A program made the position numbers and the translations under genes. The notes under the pieces are model-generated. The model saw only the letters and a list, made by a program, of their open reading frames with translations, did no database searches and was not told the DNA's origin. A stretch of DNA of 64,000 nucleotides from the NCBI RefSeq assembly GCF_009914755.1, contig NC_060936.1. One strand, given 5' to 3'. This DNA is from the human T2T-CHM13v2.0 reference genome, Homo sapiens. How positions within the stretch are numbered: the first letter of the stretch is position 1; each line of letters starts with the position of its first letter. This document shows positions 15,501 to 33,410 of the stretch, one piece after another.

Positions 15501-16760
15501 TCTGCCAGCCTCTTCCTCTGGCCCCAGGAGACCTGAGGCTCAGAACCTACACAACACCAGGTTAAGAAGAGGGGCCTGGTGGCCTTTCCTCACCCAGCCG
15601 CCCTCCTTCGCCCCGGCCCCCAGCTAGCCCCCACACAATGAACAGCTTGTTGAGAATTTGCATTTTATGAAAATCATGTTGAAAGACAAAGGGGTCTCTC
15701 TGTGCTGCCCAGTCCTTCCTCCCTGGCCGTTTGGGAACTGTCCCCACCCCTGAGGCCAATCTGGTTCTGAACCTTCTCTTCCTTGCCTTGGGCAGCTTTG
15801 GGGGAGGGTTAGCAAAGGCACAGAACAGAAAGGCCCTGGGCTGTGCAGGCTCCAAAGAAAAGGGCTGCTCTGGGACTGGACCTCCTCCCAGGACCAAAAA
15901 GTTAGGGAGGGTGAGAGACTACTTTAGTTTATCAAGGACCCTGAAGAGACAGGAACCTTCATCTCTCATCCTTCCTCCACACCCCCCACCACCACCCCTA
16001 AAGAACTCCCAGTCTCGGTCCTTTAGTGAGACTTGCTGACAAGTTTGACATCTAAGATGTTTTGTCCCAGAAAGCACAAAATATATGGCAATGGAGAGAG
16101 AGACCCAGGTATAGCTGGGCACAGCTGGTCACCTGCAGCTGGGATCCACAACTGGTCCTTGAAACGGCCTGTACCTTAGGAGACCTGGCACCTCTGACCC
16201 CACATTCTGGCTGGGATTGCCAGCCCTTCGGGACAGGGTCCCTGACCCCAGCCCTCCCAAGCCACTGTCTGTAGCTGAGAAATTAGATGGAGAGACCCAA
16301 CTGGCAGAAGGTCCTCGGAGCACCTTGATAGGTGAGCCCAGGGGACACCTATCCTCTGAATCCCACTGGGGAAGAGCCCCTGCCTCAGCTTTGGGAGTCT
16401 GGATGGCCTGAGCCTCTACAGACATGGGCCCTAGGGGTGGAGACCATTTTAGAATAATGATCTCCCCACCTGCTGCCAGTGTGGAAACCAGCAAGGGCTT
16501 AGAGGTTCATGGATCTGGAACCCAGGAGGATGGTTGTGTCCCTGCAGTCCCAGGTATGAAGGTAAGGCCTGTAGAGAAAGTTGAGGAGTGGTGCCAGTAG
16601 TGGCACTTGGCAAATAGTTCCACCAGCACCAAAACAGGTGTGGATGTGGAGCTGGGAAGGGGCAGACAGGAAGTGGGTCGCTGTGTCCAGGGTAACCTCT
16701 CAGTGTCTGCTCAAGGACAGTCCCGCCTTACCTGCTCCTTCTGACCATCTTACTGCCCAG

Positions 16761-16810
16761 GGCTCAGGATTCCGCTGGAAGAATCTCAGCCAGAGTCCTG
16801 AACAGCAGCG
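16761..16810 (+). CDS. TAMALIN: Tamalin exon 2
   Basis: CCCAG| acceptor, GSGFRWKNLSQSPEQQR, donor CG|GTGAGT; phases join. Confidence 0.95.
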
Positions 16811-17396
16811 GTGAGTCACCAATACCCAGCCCCTGCCATGGTCCAAAGGGGTGAGGTGCTGGGTTGGGGGGTGCCAGGACAGCATCTCAGCCTAGCGAGG
16901 GTAGTCATTCTCCTAGCCTTTAAACATGGCTCCCCCGCTGGGAGTGAGGGCAGGTGGGGGTGAGGGCTGTGTGAAGGGGGTGGCAGAGAAAGGAGGTAGG
17001 GACTTTTGAGTCATTAGGTGCTCTTCAACACACCCCCAGTCCCTGCCAGTTACCCCTCCCTGGGGAGATCTGGATGAACGGATGTGGGAGTTGGGAGGGG
17101 GTGTAGGCAAAGTCTATGGGGAACGTCCTAACCCAGGCCTCCTGGGCTCCCCTGAGCCCTCCTAGCCTTGGCAAACCCCACGGGCCCAGACCTTAGCCAG
17201 GCTGTGTCCAGCTGCTTGGGGCTGGCTGCCCCTGCCTCCAGAATGTCAGTCCTCTTCTGGTCCCAGCCTGTGGCAGCCCTCTTAGGAGGGATCTGAGCGT
17301 GGGCAGAAGTAGGTGCTGACTCCAGGCCCTGGGACCCCACAGTTTCCCTTCTCTACTCATGTCCCATCCCTGATTTGGGCTTGACTTTCTCTAAAA

Positions 17397-17575
17397 TGGA
17401 TCAGCAAACTGACCTGCTAGCCAGATTGGCCTGTTTGGCCCTTGAGCTAATAATTTTTAAAGAGTTGTAAAAATAAAAACAAATAACAATATATGACAGA
17501 GATCATAAGGGGCCTGCAAAGAAAGCCTAAAGTATTTACCATTTGGCCCTTTGCAGAAAAAGTTTGCTGACCCTT
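17397..17575. mobile_element. MER58-like hAT-Charlie DNA transposon relic
   Basis: Ends GGATCAGCAAACT ... AGTTTGCTGACCC form terminal inverted repeats; AAGCCTAAAGTATTTACCATTTGGCCCTT motif. Confidence 0.75.
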
Positions 17576-18451
17576 CCAAAAAACCCTAGAACATTGGGGT
17601 AGACGCGGAACTCCCAGCCACCCTGCTCCCTGCCCCAATAGTACAGAGAGGGGAAAGGCCTGCTGTTCAGAGTGAGAGGGGCTCGAGCTGGAGTGGGGAG
17701 GTGCTGCTCAGCATTTGGGGGAATCTCTGGGTCAGGCTGGAAGCGGAGAAGCCTGGTCTCCAGGGCCTTTCCGAGGCTGAGCTACTTGAAGGGGCCTTTG
17801 GAGGCTGCTTTAACTGTGCCTCTGGCTGGGCGGGAAGGAAGGGGGTGGGAGTGGGCAGAGGAAACTCTGGGCTCCCCCAGCAGGCGAGGATCTGGAGCAG
17901 CTCCAGACCATTGTGTCCAGCGGGCAGGCCTTCAGTGCGGGAAGGGGCGGCCTCGAGGCTCCCCTCCCCCAGCCCCCACATCTGGTGGGCTGGCCCCAGC
18001 ATAGCTGGGAGGAGCAGCTGTGGTCTTGCTGAGCCTCGTGACTGGCCTCTGGGGGTGGGGCCAGTCCTCTCTCCAAAGCTGTGGAACAGAGGAGGCTCCA
18101 GGCTGTGGCTGAATTTCGGGCCTTAGCTAGTCAGTAAGTGGTACTGTAGGGCTCACTGGAAAGCTGGGATGGGGCTAAAAAACTCAGCCGGCTCATCCTT
18201 CAGGGGACCGGCCCTTCTCTGTGCTTCCCTCCCACCACTAGAGGCTGGATTGGTTCTCTGTGGCTCCATGAGGCTGATTTCAATTGGGTATGGGAAAGAC
18301 ATTCCAATAATCTGTGATGAGACTGAGCTGTCACTGGAGACAGAGTCCTGCTGGAATGTTCTAGACCAGTTGCCAATATCCAGGGAGGCCCAAGCTATGG
18401 GACTGCTACACCTTTTAATCCTAATTGTCTTGACCCCTGTGTCTCTTGCAG

Positions 18452-18506
18452 GAAAGTGCTGACGTTGGAGAAGGAGGATAACCAGACCTTCGGCTTTGAG
18501 ATCCAG
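18452..18506 (+). CDS. TAMALIN: Tamalin exon 3 (start of PDZ domain)
   Basis: TTGCAG| acceptor; KVLTLEKEDNQTFGFEIQ; donor CAG|GTGGGA. Confidence 0.95.
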
Positions 18507-18588
18507 GTGGGAGAAGCTGCACACAGGGGTCAGGGGGGTTGGATGACCAGCCTGAGGGATGAACGGACTTGTCCCAACCCTGGGCTGA

Positions 18589-18720
<132 letters not shown>

Positions 18721-19176
18721 TGAGCCCAGGACACCCAGGTCTGGGAAGGGGATATGACCTTACTCCCAAGCAAAGGGGGTGAGCAATCTCTCCTGAAATC
18801 AATTCCTCTTCCTTTTCCTTCTTTGAGAAGGCCAGAAAGAAGAATGGATAGAATCTGGGCTTTGGATCTAGGCAAATTTGCCATGTACTGTGTGATCTTG
18901 CACAGCCCCATCTACAAAATGAGGGTAATAATGCATCCAAACATCACAGTGCGGCAAGGGGATTCCCTGGGCACACTGCCAGGGCCTAATTAATGGTGGA
19001 TGATGCTGCTGCTGCTCTGATTCCTCCCAGCAACCCTGGCAGTCAGCATGGGCAGGAGCCAGGGAAGAAGCAACATTCCATTAAGTCTGTTTGATATTGG
19101 GGATCAGGCCAATCCTGCCCCAAAATGGGCCCAGTGCTGAGGAACCGATGTTACTCCCTTTTAAAAAATTAGAAAC

Positions 19177-19304
19177 TTTTTTTTTTTTAAGAGACAGGGC
19201 CTCAGTCTGTCACCCAGGCTAGAGTGCAGTGGCGTAATCATAACTCACTATAACCTTGAACTCCTGGGCTCAAGCGATCCTCCTCTTGCCTCTGCCTCCC
19301 AAAG
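19177..19304 (-). mobile_element. Alu monomer (FLAM/AluJ fragment)
   Basis: Poly(T) followed by GAGACAGGG...CCTCCCAAAG. Confidence 0.85.
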
Positions 19305-19484
19305 CAATATGTTACTTCCTCTAACAAGGAAATTATGCTTCAGCAGGAGATCCCTGGATTGAGCAGATCTAGAGTCCCCAGGTTCCAGGAAGGGCAGCCT
19401 GAAACTGTATGAATCAATCCCCCCTCCACCATCTTTGCCCCTAAGCCCCTACCTCCTTCCCACTTACCAGCAGCCCGTGCTAGC

Positions 19485-20225
<741 letters not shown>

Positions 20226-20552
20226 AGCCAAGTGGTATACTACAACTTCTCAAAGTAGTTTCAAATCCACTCTCCCTCCCCATCATCCCTGAAGCATCCA
20301 CAGCAGGGATCCATACCCCTTTTTACAGATAGGAATGGGGCCCTGACATGGGGCACACTGTGCTTGAGGTCAGGAAGCTCTCCAGTGGTGCAGGGTAGCA
20401 GAACTATCCCTCTGGGGGCCAGTCATTCCCTGTGCTTCTCTCCCACCACCAGAGGCTGGACTGATTATCTGTGGATCCATGAGGCCATGCCATGCCTGGG
20501 GCCAGGGTCGGTTCCCAGCTGGGTGCTGCTCACCTGCTCTTCCCTGAATTGA

Positions 20553-20946
<394 letters not shown>

Positions 20947-21213
20947 GGACAGAACTTCTTGAGGGCAGAGTGAGGGTGTTGGGTGTGTGAGGTCCCCACC
21001 CTTTGGCTGGGGTGCTGGGCGTGGACAACCTGGTAGTCACTACAGGCCCACAAGAATGGCTGTGGTTCTGTGTGTTTGGATCGAGTATGAGAGATGTCAG
21101 AGGAGATCTACAGAGAACCATGAGGAGTTGGAGGAGGGAGTTCAGGAGTATTCCCTGGAGTTACTACCCACCCTTCTCCCCTTTCTGGCTAAGGTAGGAG
21201 GCTGGTATTCTAG

Positions 21214-21381
<168 letters not shown>

Positions 21382-21432
21382 TGAGCTCAGCCTCTTGGTA
21401 TTTCCTCAGCCTGTGGCTCACTCAGGCTTTGA

Positions 21433-21528
<96 letters not shown>

Positions 21529-21677
21529 TAACGTCCAGCCTCCACCCTCCTCTTCCCAAGCCTCTGCCCTGTGGGGGGTCACTTACAGCTGAATCTCCTG
21601 TAACTGAAGATTTCTTTTGTCTACTCCCTGATCCCTCGTCTGTACCCACGTCCTGCTAGTTTCCTGCTAGCTTGTGA

Positions 21678-21776
<99 letters not shown>

Positions 21777-22232
21777 TAGATCCCGGGGTGTGAGGGGCCA
21801 CTTGTTCTGCTACAGACACCCCATCTGCGCTTCCCCCTCAGAACTGGCGGGTTCTAGTAAAGAACGGTTTACTAGTAAACCTCCACAGTAAAGCAAGGTT
21901 TGTTGAGCTACTACTACTTTGGGTACTGCCGCAGCCACATTTCTGGTTATTCTCACACTAGCCCTCTGCAGGTAAGTAACAGATAGTGTCATCTTCACTT
22001 TACAGAGGGGAACACCAGGGCTCAAAGAGTTTGTGTCAATTATTTCCGAGGCCCGTTTGTGCTAAGCGGCCCCCATAAGGATCTGAGTGATAATTCCTGA
22101 TTTGCGGGTGAGGGAAGTAGGGTCTCAGGTTTGTGCCTGGCCAGGGCCACAGAGATGGTCAGCAGGACGGAGCGGGGACGCCCCGCCCATGCCCTCCGAC
22201 CCTTTGCGGAGGCCACCACGGTCCAGGCCTGA

Positions 22233-22769
<537 letters not shown>

Positions 22770-23462
22770 GGGCGGGGGCGGGCAGGGAGGTATTTATTTA
22801 TTTATTCGCAACAGCCAGCGCTAAAAGAGGGGGAGGCCGAGCCAAGAGGACCCCAGGAGCCCAGAGCAGCGGGAGAGGGTCCTTCCTAGCCTCGGCCCGC
22901 CGGGTCGGTTCCTGGCTGGTGTCTGCTGAGGGAGTGGGGGGCCCAGCCCCTTCTCTTCTCCCCCGCCAAACCACAGTGGGAGCTGGGGCAGGGGGAGAGC
23001 CAGGCAATCGGGGGCCAAAGATGGGGGTGCTCGCCTACAGTCTGCATCTGTAGTGCCTTGTGGGGTATCCAGGAACACCCTCCCAGCAGGGGATGGGAAC
23101 CCTGTCCCATGAAGCCCTCTCCTCAGCTTTACTTGCTCCCCCGCCCTTAGCCTTGGGGAGAAATGGCCCGTGGTGGGCTGACCCCCCACCCTCCACACAC
23201 ACAGTTCCATGACCCAGCGGGCCCCCAGGGGCATCAGGTGCTGGTCCTCCTCCCTCCTGGCCTCGACCCCTAAGGGCTTCGCCCCTCCCAGGGGCCTGTA
23301 ACTAAGTCGGGTCCTGCCAGGCAGGGGGCCTGTGTTCTGTGCCCCTTGGGAGACAGGAACTGGCGAGTTCAGGTGGGGTGGGGACAGCACAGACTGTTCC
23401 ACCGTTGTGCATATTGTTGCTTCTGAACCACAAACTGTATAAATGGATGGTTTTTTGCATCT
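22770..23462 (+). other. TAMALIN: Tamalin 3'UTR with AU-rich element (22791-22806) and variant poly(A) signal TATAAA (23438-23443)
   Basis: TATTTATTTATTTATT; TGTATAAA followed by U/GU-rich sequence; 3' end inferred. Confidence 0.75.
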
Positions 23463-23887
23463 GTGTCAGTGTGGTGACTGCCTGAGGGGGAGGATTGGGC
23501 TGGGGCAAGCTCTGACTCCACCATCCCAACCCCCGCCCAACGCACACACATCTTGTTTTCTTGCAGCCTGAAGCCAGGGAAATAGGCTGGGAGATTTAAA
23601 CTTACATGTATGGGCCTGAGCTGGAGGCCCCACGCTTCTTCACAACTTGAGCCTCCCTCCCCAGATACCCAAGCAGGTGGTGACCAAGGCTTGCCTCAAG
23701 TCCTTAGCCATCCCTGTAGAAATACGTGTGCTTGGCATGCCTTTCTTCCCAGCTTCTGAGGTCTCCCTTGAGGGGCACAAGCCAGATCTGTAGGGACCTG
23801 AGGCATTACCACCTGGCCTGTGAGGGGCCCAATCACGGCTCACTCTGTTGTTCTAGCAGTCTTCAGCGGTTTCCCACCCCAGGATGA

Positions 23888-24199
<312 letters not shown>

Positions 24200-24829
24200 T
24201 GACCCCTGCCGGCCTCTGCTTCTTACTCCCCGCTCTGGCTGCGCTGCTGGCTGTACCTGGCACACTTCAGACCCCTTCTATCAGGGTCTGTGCTCTTACC
24301 CCTCCCACAGGTGGCTCCTTCAGTCCTCAGCCCTGCCTCCCGAAGACCTTCCCACCCAGTGGTAAATACAGTCATGCCCTCCCCTGTGACAGCCCTGTTT
24401 TATTCCCATCAGACTGTGCATCGCCATCCGAGACTGTCTTGACTTTTATGGGTTTATCTTTGCCTGCCCGCCCCACCCGGGAGGATGCACGCTTCTTGCA
24501 CAGGGCTCAGGAGCCTTGTCTGTCTTCACTGCTTTTTTCTTGCCTGATGCTAGCACATGGTAGACCCTCAATACAGTGTGTGCCAACATGGTGTGTGCTC
24601 AAGCATCTCCAAGTGGTAGTCACGACCTCTTTGAAGTGACCTGTCGGGTCATACAGCAAGCTAGTGTCAGAGCTGGGCCTGGGACTTGAGGCCCCTGCTC
24701 CAGTGCTCCTCCCGGGGAGTAACCAGCATGCAAAGGGTGGCTTTGAGAGAGGTCTGAGCAGACCCTCCCTACCTGTCCTGCACCATGGTTCTTGCTTTTT
24801 GAGTGGGTCCCATTTCTGTTTCTGCTTTT

Positions 24830-26010
<1,181 letters not shown>

Positions 26011-27021
26011 TCTATTCTTTTTTACTTCATAGCACTTTCTCCCAATTGGGAATCACACTGACTTCTTTTGTTTCTGTCTTGCCTTTGTGAGGGCAGGAAC
26101 CCAGCCTTGTTTGAAGTTGCACCTCCAGGGTCTAACAGAGCCTGGCACACAGGAGGGGCTCTATTAACTCATGCTGATGAGTGAATGCCTCCTTGGGGCC
26201 AACCCTGCCTAGGGGTAACCATCACCTCCCCACCTCTGAGCCCCAGGGGCTGGGTGAGACAGCCCCTCTTCTGCTCCATCTGTAGCTGGCATCTGTAGGC
26301 CCTTCTCTGAAAATCCCTTTGGGGCTGGGTGGCGGCCCCAGCCAGGGCACCTGCACCTGGCCACCCTGTCCTCCCTAGTCCCAGGAAGGGAGGACATTTG
26401 ATTAAGAAAATGGAGATTCCCCAAGCTCCCTGTTTTAACAGCTGCTCTGTGACGATGACAAATATTGGCTCCCAGGGGCTCAGGTCTAGGGGAGGGGCCC
26501 CCTCACACCTTTGTTCCCAGATACAAGGCTGCCAGGAAACCAACTGCCTGGGCATAGCCTGGCACCTTACAGGGGGTGGAAGGCTGCAGGGGCCTCCCTA
26601 GATTTCTCCTCCGAGTAGAGAGTCCAAGTCCCTTGGCCACCAGTCTGTCCCCACCCCCTGCCATGTAGCTATTCCCAGGAGTGATGTCGGTGCCCCCTCA
26701 CCCAGGCTGATGGGGACTCCTGGCCAGCCGTGAGTTCATAGGGGAGGGTGAGGGGTGCCCAGGGCGGGGCTAGATCCCACCTCTCAGCTGATGGGATGAC
26801 GGCACCAGCACAGCAGCCTCCTGCCGTGTAGGTGGGTGACAGGGAGTGACTAATGTGCGAGCTGCGATGCTAAAAATTAACCCAGGGATCGTGTTTGGCA
26901 GAGGGGGTGGGGGTGGATGGGAAAAGGAGCAGGGACTCAGAATATTGTGTGGTCGGTATTTCCCCTGCCCTGCCACCCCTCCTTTGCCTCCCACCAGCCT
27001 TCTGCTCCTCTCAAAGCCTCA

Positions 27022-27599
<578 letters not shown>

Positions 27600-29427
27600 C
27601 TATGTGCTGGGCTAACACTTCCACATCCATTACCTTACTGAGACCTCACAGTACATCTGAAAGCTCTCTATTTGACAGATAAAGAGACTGAGAATTAGGT
27701 TAAGGCAGCATAGCTGGCGCCTGGCAAGGCCAGGATGCTCTCATGCCTGTTTGTCTCTATAGCTTAGGGTGGTGAGAAGGAAGTCTTCCTGGAGGAAGGG
27801 GTGTGAGGACAGGGTGGAAGAGATGGTGAGTAATGAGCTGAACTTCTCAGGCTAGGGGCCTCGCCTGTGGAAAAAGTGGTGTTGGCATGGTGGGTATATG
27901 AGGTATATGAGAGGTAGGACCCGAAAGAGCAGGTCCAAGGTTTGCCAGGGAGCAGTAGGAGGAGGGGCCAGCCCAGAGAGTTCCCGGTTCCATGCATGCA
28001 GGTGCTGTGCTGGAGGGAGGGAGAGCATTCCCATCTAAGGGGAGCATAGGGGGGCTCTGGAGACTTGGTGGGGTCCACAAAACAGGGGAGGTGGGCTTGG
28101 AGAAGAGCTCTGCTAACACATGTGGGAAAACTTATTAGAAGGAGTGAACCTCTGGACCCTCCCATTTCCCCTGGAAACCAAACCAGAGACCTTGCGCTGA
28201 ATGGCAGCAGGAGAAGAGGAAGGACAGCAGGAGGCCCCTTCTGCTGCCCAGCCCAAGCTCATGAGGCTGGGAAGTGAGGGAGGCTGTGGGATTCCCCAGC
28301 TCAGGAGAGACGTCAGGCTGGCTGGCTGGGAGGCTGCCTGGTCCTGCACCGACAGGTGGATGAAATGACCGTAAGTGGGGAGTGATGGGCTCAGAGAAGT
28401 GAGACAGAAAGGAAGCTGAGGGCTCTGGAGGGGCCACGGAAACCCAAGAGAGTTCCTCAAGAGAGTAAAACAGCCAGAGTGCAGCAGTGTGCTGACCCCT
28501 GGTGGGGAGCCGGGACCATACCAGGTGGAGAGGGGCACAGAGCAGGGCTCTCCCATCAGCCAACCATTGGGAGCAGCCTCCCTCCCTCCTTAGAGCCCAC
28601 CTCTTCAGCCCTTCCTCAGCCTGCTGCACGCTTGTACAAAGTGGAGCCTCCCCTGAACCCCACAATCATTTATCTGAAGTGCTCAGACACCCTCCCACTG
28701 CTTCTGGTCCCAGGGCCTCTCCTCACTCCACCACCCAGATTGTGGGCTCCCAAGGGAGTGAACCCCATCTCATGCCAGCACTGATCGAAGGCAGGTACGT
28801 CTGAATGAATGAATGAACAGTTGAGTTCAGAACATCTAACTAAATGACTAAATGACTCCAACCAACAGACCTTCTCTGCACAGAACCCTGTGTGGTATGA
28901 AAGCTCATGGACTGGGGTTGATAGTGGAGAGGAAACATACTTTTCAACAGCAAGATGCAAGAGTGTTTTTATTATTTATTTATAATTTATTTTTATTTTT
29001 AGAGATGTGTCTTGCATGCAATCAATATGGGGACCTCCCAGGAGCAGGAGGCCACCAGGTTGCCTAAGACATATGAATTTTTGCTTTCAGGGACACCTCC
29101 TAAGCTTCAGTGATCCATCTTGGAGTTGGCCTTTGTGGGGAGAACATATAAATTTATGCAAAAAGTAAAAATGCAAATACTGCCTCTGGGTCTCTTTCCC
29201 AGCTGCTCCCCTACAGAGTCACTTAGCCTTTAGTGACTCACAGTTGATCTGGTCCACTCAGCAACCCACAGAGTGACAGCCCACCCAGGTCCCAGCATAC
29301 ATAGCATCTTCTTCTGGAGCCCCCCAAATCTCACTCTAATTGAGGGCTTGGCTGGAGCCACTCTCTCTGAGGAGTGTGGTCTCTGGGCAAATAAGGCAAG
29401 ACCAGTGGCTGGCAGCTACAGCAGTCA

Positions 29428-30161
<734 letters not shown>

Positions 30162-30389
30162 TGAGATTCTGATCCAGGAGTTCTAGGGTGGGCTGGGGCG
30201 TTGGTATTTTTAAAGCACCCTAGGTGCTTAGTGAGTCTTTATTGAAAGGATGTTGACTGAAGATAATTCTGGAGATCTCTGAGCTCCCTCCCACACAGAT
30301 CCTTGGGACTCTAAATACTGGCCGAACTCGGCCCCCTGAGGCTGTGTCTTCTTGGGGAGCTAAGGACCTGTGCCTCCCACTGGCCCGGA

Positions 30390-30509
30390 ACCACTTTCTG
30401 CTTCCTGGTGTAAGCTTTGGTATGGATGGTGGCCGTCTCCCTACAGACTGGGAGCTGTTAGAGGGCAGGGATCCTAGCTGACACATCTATGTCCTCGCCT
30501 TGGTTGGAG
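30390..30509 (+). other. NR4A1: Probable distal non-coding first exon of NR4A1
   Basis: Donor GAG|GTAGGT at the CpG-island edge; matches my recollection of the 5'UTR of the long NR4A1 variant; start approximate. Confidence 0.6.
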
Positions 30510-31720
30510 GTAGGTATGGGTGGCGGCGAGGGAGGAGATGGGGGTGGGGCTCAACACACTGTCCAGCCCCTGTCGTCTGGCGGGGTATCGCCAGTGCTCA
30601 GGGGCGAGCGGAATGGAGAGGAGGCGGGGCTGGGGCGCACAGCCGGCAGGGGATCCCTGCCGGAGTCTGCTTTTCACGGGTTCCCGTCTAGACCAGAGTT
30701 GGGGCTCAGCTTGGAGAGATGGGACAGGTGGAGGTGCTGGGGGTTGGAGCCCCACGCGCTGCTCAAGAGGCTGCAGGCTGGCCTTCAAGGCCTGGGCTAG
30801 ACTGCGGCGGTTGGGGGCTGGCGGTGCGGCTCGGGTGGAGTCCGCCGGGCACCGCCCTCCCTCTCCACCCTCGCCCACCCCGGGGCCGCGAGGCTGTGGG
30901 TTGAGCTGCAGAGGCGAGCTCCCTCCTGGGCGTGCCGCCGCCGCGAGTGGGGTGGGAGCGCAGAGGGGGCCTCGGGGTTATGCTTTGCTGGGATCTGGGA
31001 AGGAAGCAGGTGGCAGCGCCGGAGTGAGTAACCGCCTCCCGAGGCAGCTAGTCCCGCCGCCTCAGGAAGTCCTGGCGCCGTAGCGCACCGCCGCCCGCCA
31101 CACCGGGACCTTCCCCTCGCACTAGCCCGCCCCCACCCCGCCTCCATCTCGCGCTCCCAGCCGCAGACACGGGCGCCTCTGCACTCTCAACCCCTCACCC
31201 ACGCAGACCCTGGCCCGCCGGTGACCTCCCCTGCGGCTCCTCCTTCTGCCCCGGCCCAGCCCCTCCCCTGCTGCTCCTCCTCCTGCCCCGGCCCAGCCCG
31301 TCCACCGTCCTCTCATCCCCATGGCCTCGAACCCCAGCCTGCCGAGCCGCTCCTCACAGGGTGCTGTGGCTCCCCGCTGCAAAGGGGCGGGTCCTGGTAG
31401 GGGGCGTGGCCTGGCCGACTTGCGGGGCGGCGGCGCCCTCTGCCGGCAGACTCGGGAACGGCCACACTCGTCACCTCGCCCCCGGCCCGGCTCCTGGACC
31501 CCCCTGGACCTCTCTGCCAGCTCTCCTCTCTCCTGGAAATGCGCCTGCAGGACTCGGAACGTGCAGAGGTCGGTCCTGGCCCCAGCCGTGCCACGGGCTA
31601 TCTGAGGGAGAGTCGCGGCCTCTCTGAGGCTTGGCTTCCTTTCCTGTGAAATGGCTGTGGTGAGGAGCAAACGCTCAGCAGTGAAGAAGGACCCTTTGTA
31701 ACCGCGAAGGAGCCTGTGAG
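30500..31720. promoter_or_regulatory. CpG island (distal NR4A1 promoter/enhancer)
   Basis: High CpG density; GGGGCGGG and GGGGCGTGGC boxes at 31384-31410. Confidence 0.8.
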
Positions 31721-31997
31721 TGTGAGGTATGGTTGTTATCAACGCTAAGGGCAGTCTTTTGCCTTCTGCGGGGGTGACGACCATCCTTCTCCCTGCCCCA
31801 GCCCCACAGTGGAAGGAGAACATAAGTCACCTCCAGAGATTATCACATGCAGTGGATTGCCTTCAGCCTTTTTTCTGAATATAAAATATACATATACGTA
31901 TTTTAATACAATTGTGGCCCTTCTCTACGTGCTGTTCTGTGCTGCCTTTTTTTCTCTCTCTCCAAGTGCTTAACTTATGTTTTAAAGCCCAGATTCG

Positions 31998-32335
31998 GCC
32001 AGAGGGGTGGCTCACCAACACTTTGGGAGGCCAAGGCCGGAGGATCTCTTGAGCAGAAGTTCAAGACCAACCTGAGCAACATAGCAAGACCTCGTCTCTA
32101 CAAAAAATTTTTAAAAATGATCTGAGTGTCTGTAGTCCCAGCTACTGGAGAGGCTGAGATGGGAGGCTCGCTTGAATCCTGGAGTTCCAGGCTGCAGTGA
32201 GCCGTGATTGTGCCACTGGCCACTGCACTCCAGCCTGGGTGACAGAGTGAGATCCTGTCACAAGAAAGAAAGAAGAAGAAGAAAAGAAAGAAAGAAAAAG
32301 AAAACAAAAAACCAAAAAGAAAAGAAACAACCAAA
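31998..32335 (+). mobile_element. AluJ with degenerate A-rich tail
   Basis: Diverged Alu dimer. Confidence 0.88.
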
Positions 32336-32633
32336 AAACTAGAGTCAGACAAACCTGGATTTAGGTTCTTGCTCTGTGACTTTATATTTCCACCCTTGAG
32401 CAAACCACACAACCTCTACCTTCCTCAGCCTCAGTTTCCTCCTTTGCAAAATGGTGGTAATGCCAGGAATACCCACTTCACAGGCAGCGGTGAGGCCCCG
32501 CACACAGCCCAGTGCATGCTGGTTAGGGCTCTCCTTTTGCTTCCTGAGACTGCACGAGCTCTGCCTTCTTCATGCACCACGTGGTAAGGAAGGAGCTGGA
32601 GGCCTCCGCCTCTCGGACCTTGCTCACTGCTGC

Positions 32634-32929
32634 TTTTTTTTTTTTTTTTTTGACAGAGTCTCTCTGTCGCCCAGGCTGGAGTGCAATGGCACAACCCCGG
32701 CTCACTGCACCCTCCGTCCCCCGGGTTCAAGTGATTCTCCTGCCTCAGTCTCCCGAGTAGCTGGGATTCCAGGCGGCCGCCACCACGCCCGGCTAATTTG
32801 TCATATTTTTAGTAGAGATGGGGTTTCGCCATGTTGGCCAGGCTGGTCTCGAACTCCTGACCTCAGGTGATCCACCTGCCTCGGCCTCCCAAACTGCTGG
32901 GATTACAGGGGTGAGCCACCGCCCCAGGC
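32634..32929 (-). mobile_element. Full-length AluS
   Basis: Reverse Alu with poly(T). Confidence 0.95.
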
Positions 32930-33380
32930 CTCTTTCGGCACTGCCCTCAACCACATGGGCCTCACTGTTCTTCCGGCGTACCCAGACTTTCCCCATCTCA
33001 GCGCCTTCCCACCGGTCCTGTGTTTCCATGGCCTTTCCCCGGGTAGGGGCCTTTCTTTTCCTAGCTTCGCTCAGTTCCCTGCTACATTGTCGCCTCCTCG
33101 CAGAAGCCGTCTCTGGCCGTTCCGTATCGCTAGCGCCCTCTATCATTCGCTAGCAGCTCACCCGGCTCTGTTTTTCTTCATTGCACTTCTCGTTATGTGC
33201 CGTTCTCTTATAAATGTTTTTGTCTTTATCCCTCCCATAGAAGACACCTCCATGAAAGGCCAGGGCTTTCCGAGGTTCTTTTCCTCTGTGGTTCCTAGAA
33301 GAGGGCCTGGCACATAGCCGGCCTTGGCTAGCTTTTTGCGTAAATGTGAAGGGATCCACCTTCCTCCGTTATAAGAGGTA

Positions 33381-33410
33381 GCAGTACCTCCTGTTACCAG
33401 CAGAGGGCAC
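33381..33410 (+). promoter_or_regulatory. CTCF site (core plus upstream motif)
   Basis: GCAGTACC-N8-CCAGCAGAGGGCAC matches the CCASYAGRKGGCRS core and the ZF9-11 upstream motif. Confidence 0.7.

Noticed and set aside
31122-31823. 233-aa minus-strand ORF
   Set aside because: No recognisable domain; CpG-island artefact.
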